A DNA stretch of 64,000 nucleotides, taken from positions 35,156,001-35,220,000 of the forward strand of contig NC_087437.1 of assembly GCF_036321535.1 (NCBI RefSeq). The letters run 5' to 3'. The number at the start of each line of letters is the position of its first letter. The first letter of the stretch is position 1. The translations under genes were made by a program, and so were the position numbers. Shown here one piece after another: positions 63,343 through 64,000 of this stretch. Under the pieces are notes generated by a model. It saw only the letters and a list, made by a program, of their open reading frames with translations, searched no databases and had not been told where the DNA came from. Source of the DNA: Camelus dromedarius (lineage: Eukaryota).

Positions 63343-64000
63343 ACAATCTTTCCTTGAGACAAGGAGCTGTCACAGAGTGATTCTTCCCATTACCGTGTGG
63401 GCAGCTACAGGGACAGGTCATGGAGTGAGGGCCTGGTTCTCCAGACTATCCCTTTCTAGAATTTTCTATGAATGCTATAGAGAACTGTCTGGATTACTGA
63501 AGGCCCCAGTGGTGAACTTAATGGGAGGGTGTTGAAGTGGTAGGGGCAAAGGGACACCTAGCAAGGTAGGGTGGCCCCCCTGGGCTGGAGGTAGAATGGA
63601 AGTTGAAGGTCAGACCTCGTCAGACCCAGCTGAGAAAGACCTGACAGTTCCTCTGGCCCAGTAGACGCCAGATGGGGCTCCCCTGACCAGGAACAGGAGA
63701 TGGAAGGCAGGGATGGTGAGTAGGTGTCTGGGTCCCCACCAGCATTCGCGAGCTGCCATCTTGAAGAAGAGCAGGGGAGGGGGAGGGAGTTTAATATACT
63801 CAGGCTTCTGAGTTACCCAAAGACGCTATTTATGTAATGGTGTTTACCAGTTGAATTACATTTGTGTTTTTCTCTCTTAGAGGGGTGGGGGCCTACAAGT
63901 AATGTCAACAACTACAGAACGTAAATCAGCAGTGGGATTTCTGGGCACAACCAGGTGCAGGATGGTGGACTTTACACGGCTGCCATCCAGTCTGGGCTCC

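Noticed and set aside
1..64000. CRISPR array, operon, defence system or intact retroelement/provirus
   Set aside because: There is no regularly spaced repeat-spacer structure and no long ORF. All L1 and LTR elements are truncated relics in typical mammalian intronic or intergenic DNA.

Overview
This is mammalian nuclear DNA, most likely from a camelid, judged from six copies of a tRNA-derived SINE resembling camelid Vic-1. The only protein-coding gene I can support is SPTSSB (serine palmitoyltransferase small subunit B) on the minus strand. It has a CpG-island promoter and non-coding exon 1 (~31443-31550), a 93-nt MIR-derived 5'UTR exon 2 (22452-22544), and a terminal exon 3 (~4385-5944) carrying the whole 76-aa CDS (5682-5912). 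The rest is intron or upstream intergenic DNA filled with L1, L2, MIR, LTR and hAT-type relics and microsatellites. Repeat family names come from recalled consensus similarity, not from a search. I see no CRISPR array, operon or clearly novel multi-gene system. The best leads are: (1) a ~140-bp inverted repeat pair with a perfect 50-bp core in intron 1; (2) the exonised MIR, which supplies a 10-codon uORF and a GC/GT tandem splice donor; (3) two near-perfect steroid-response palindromes; (4) a SINE+L1 composite inside one target-site duplication; (5) a one-sided orientation bias of short L1 3' ends.
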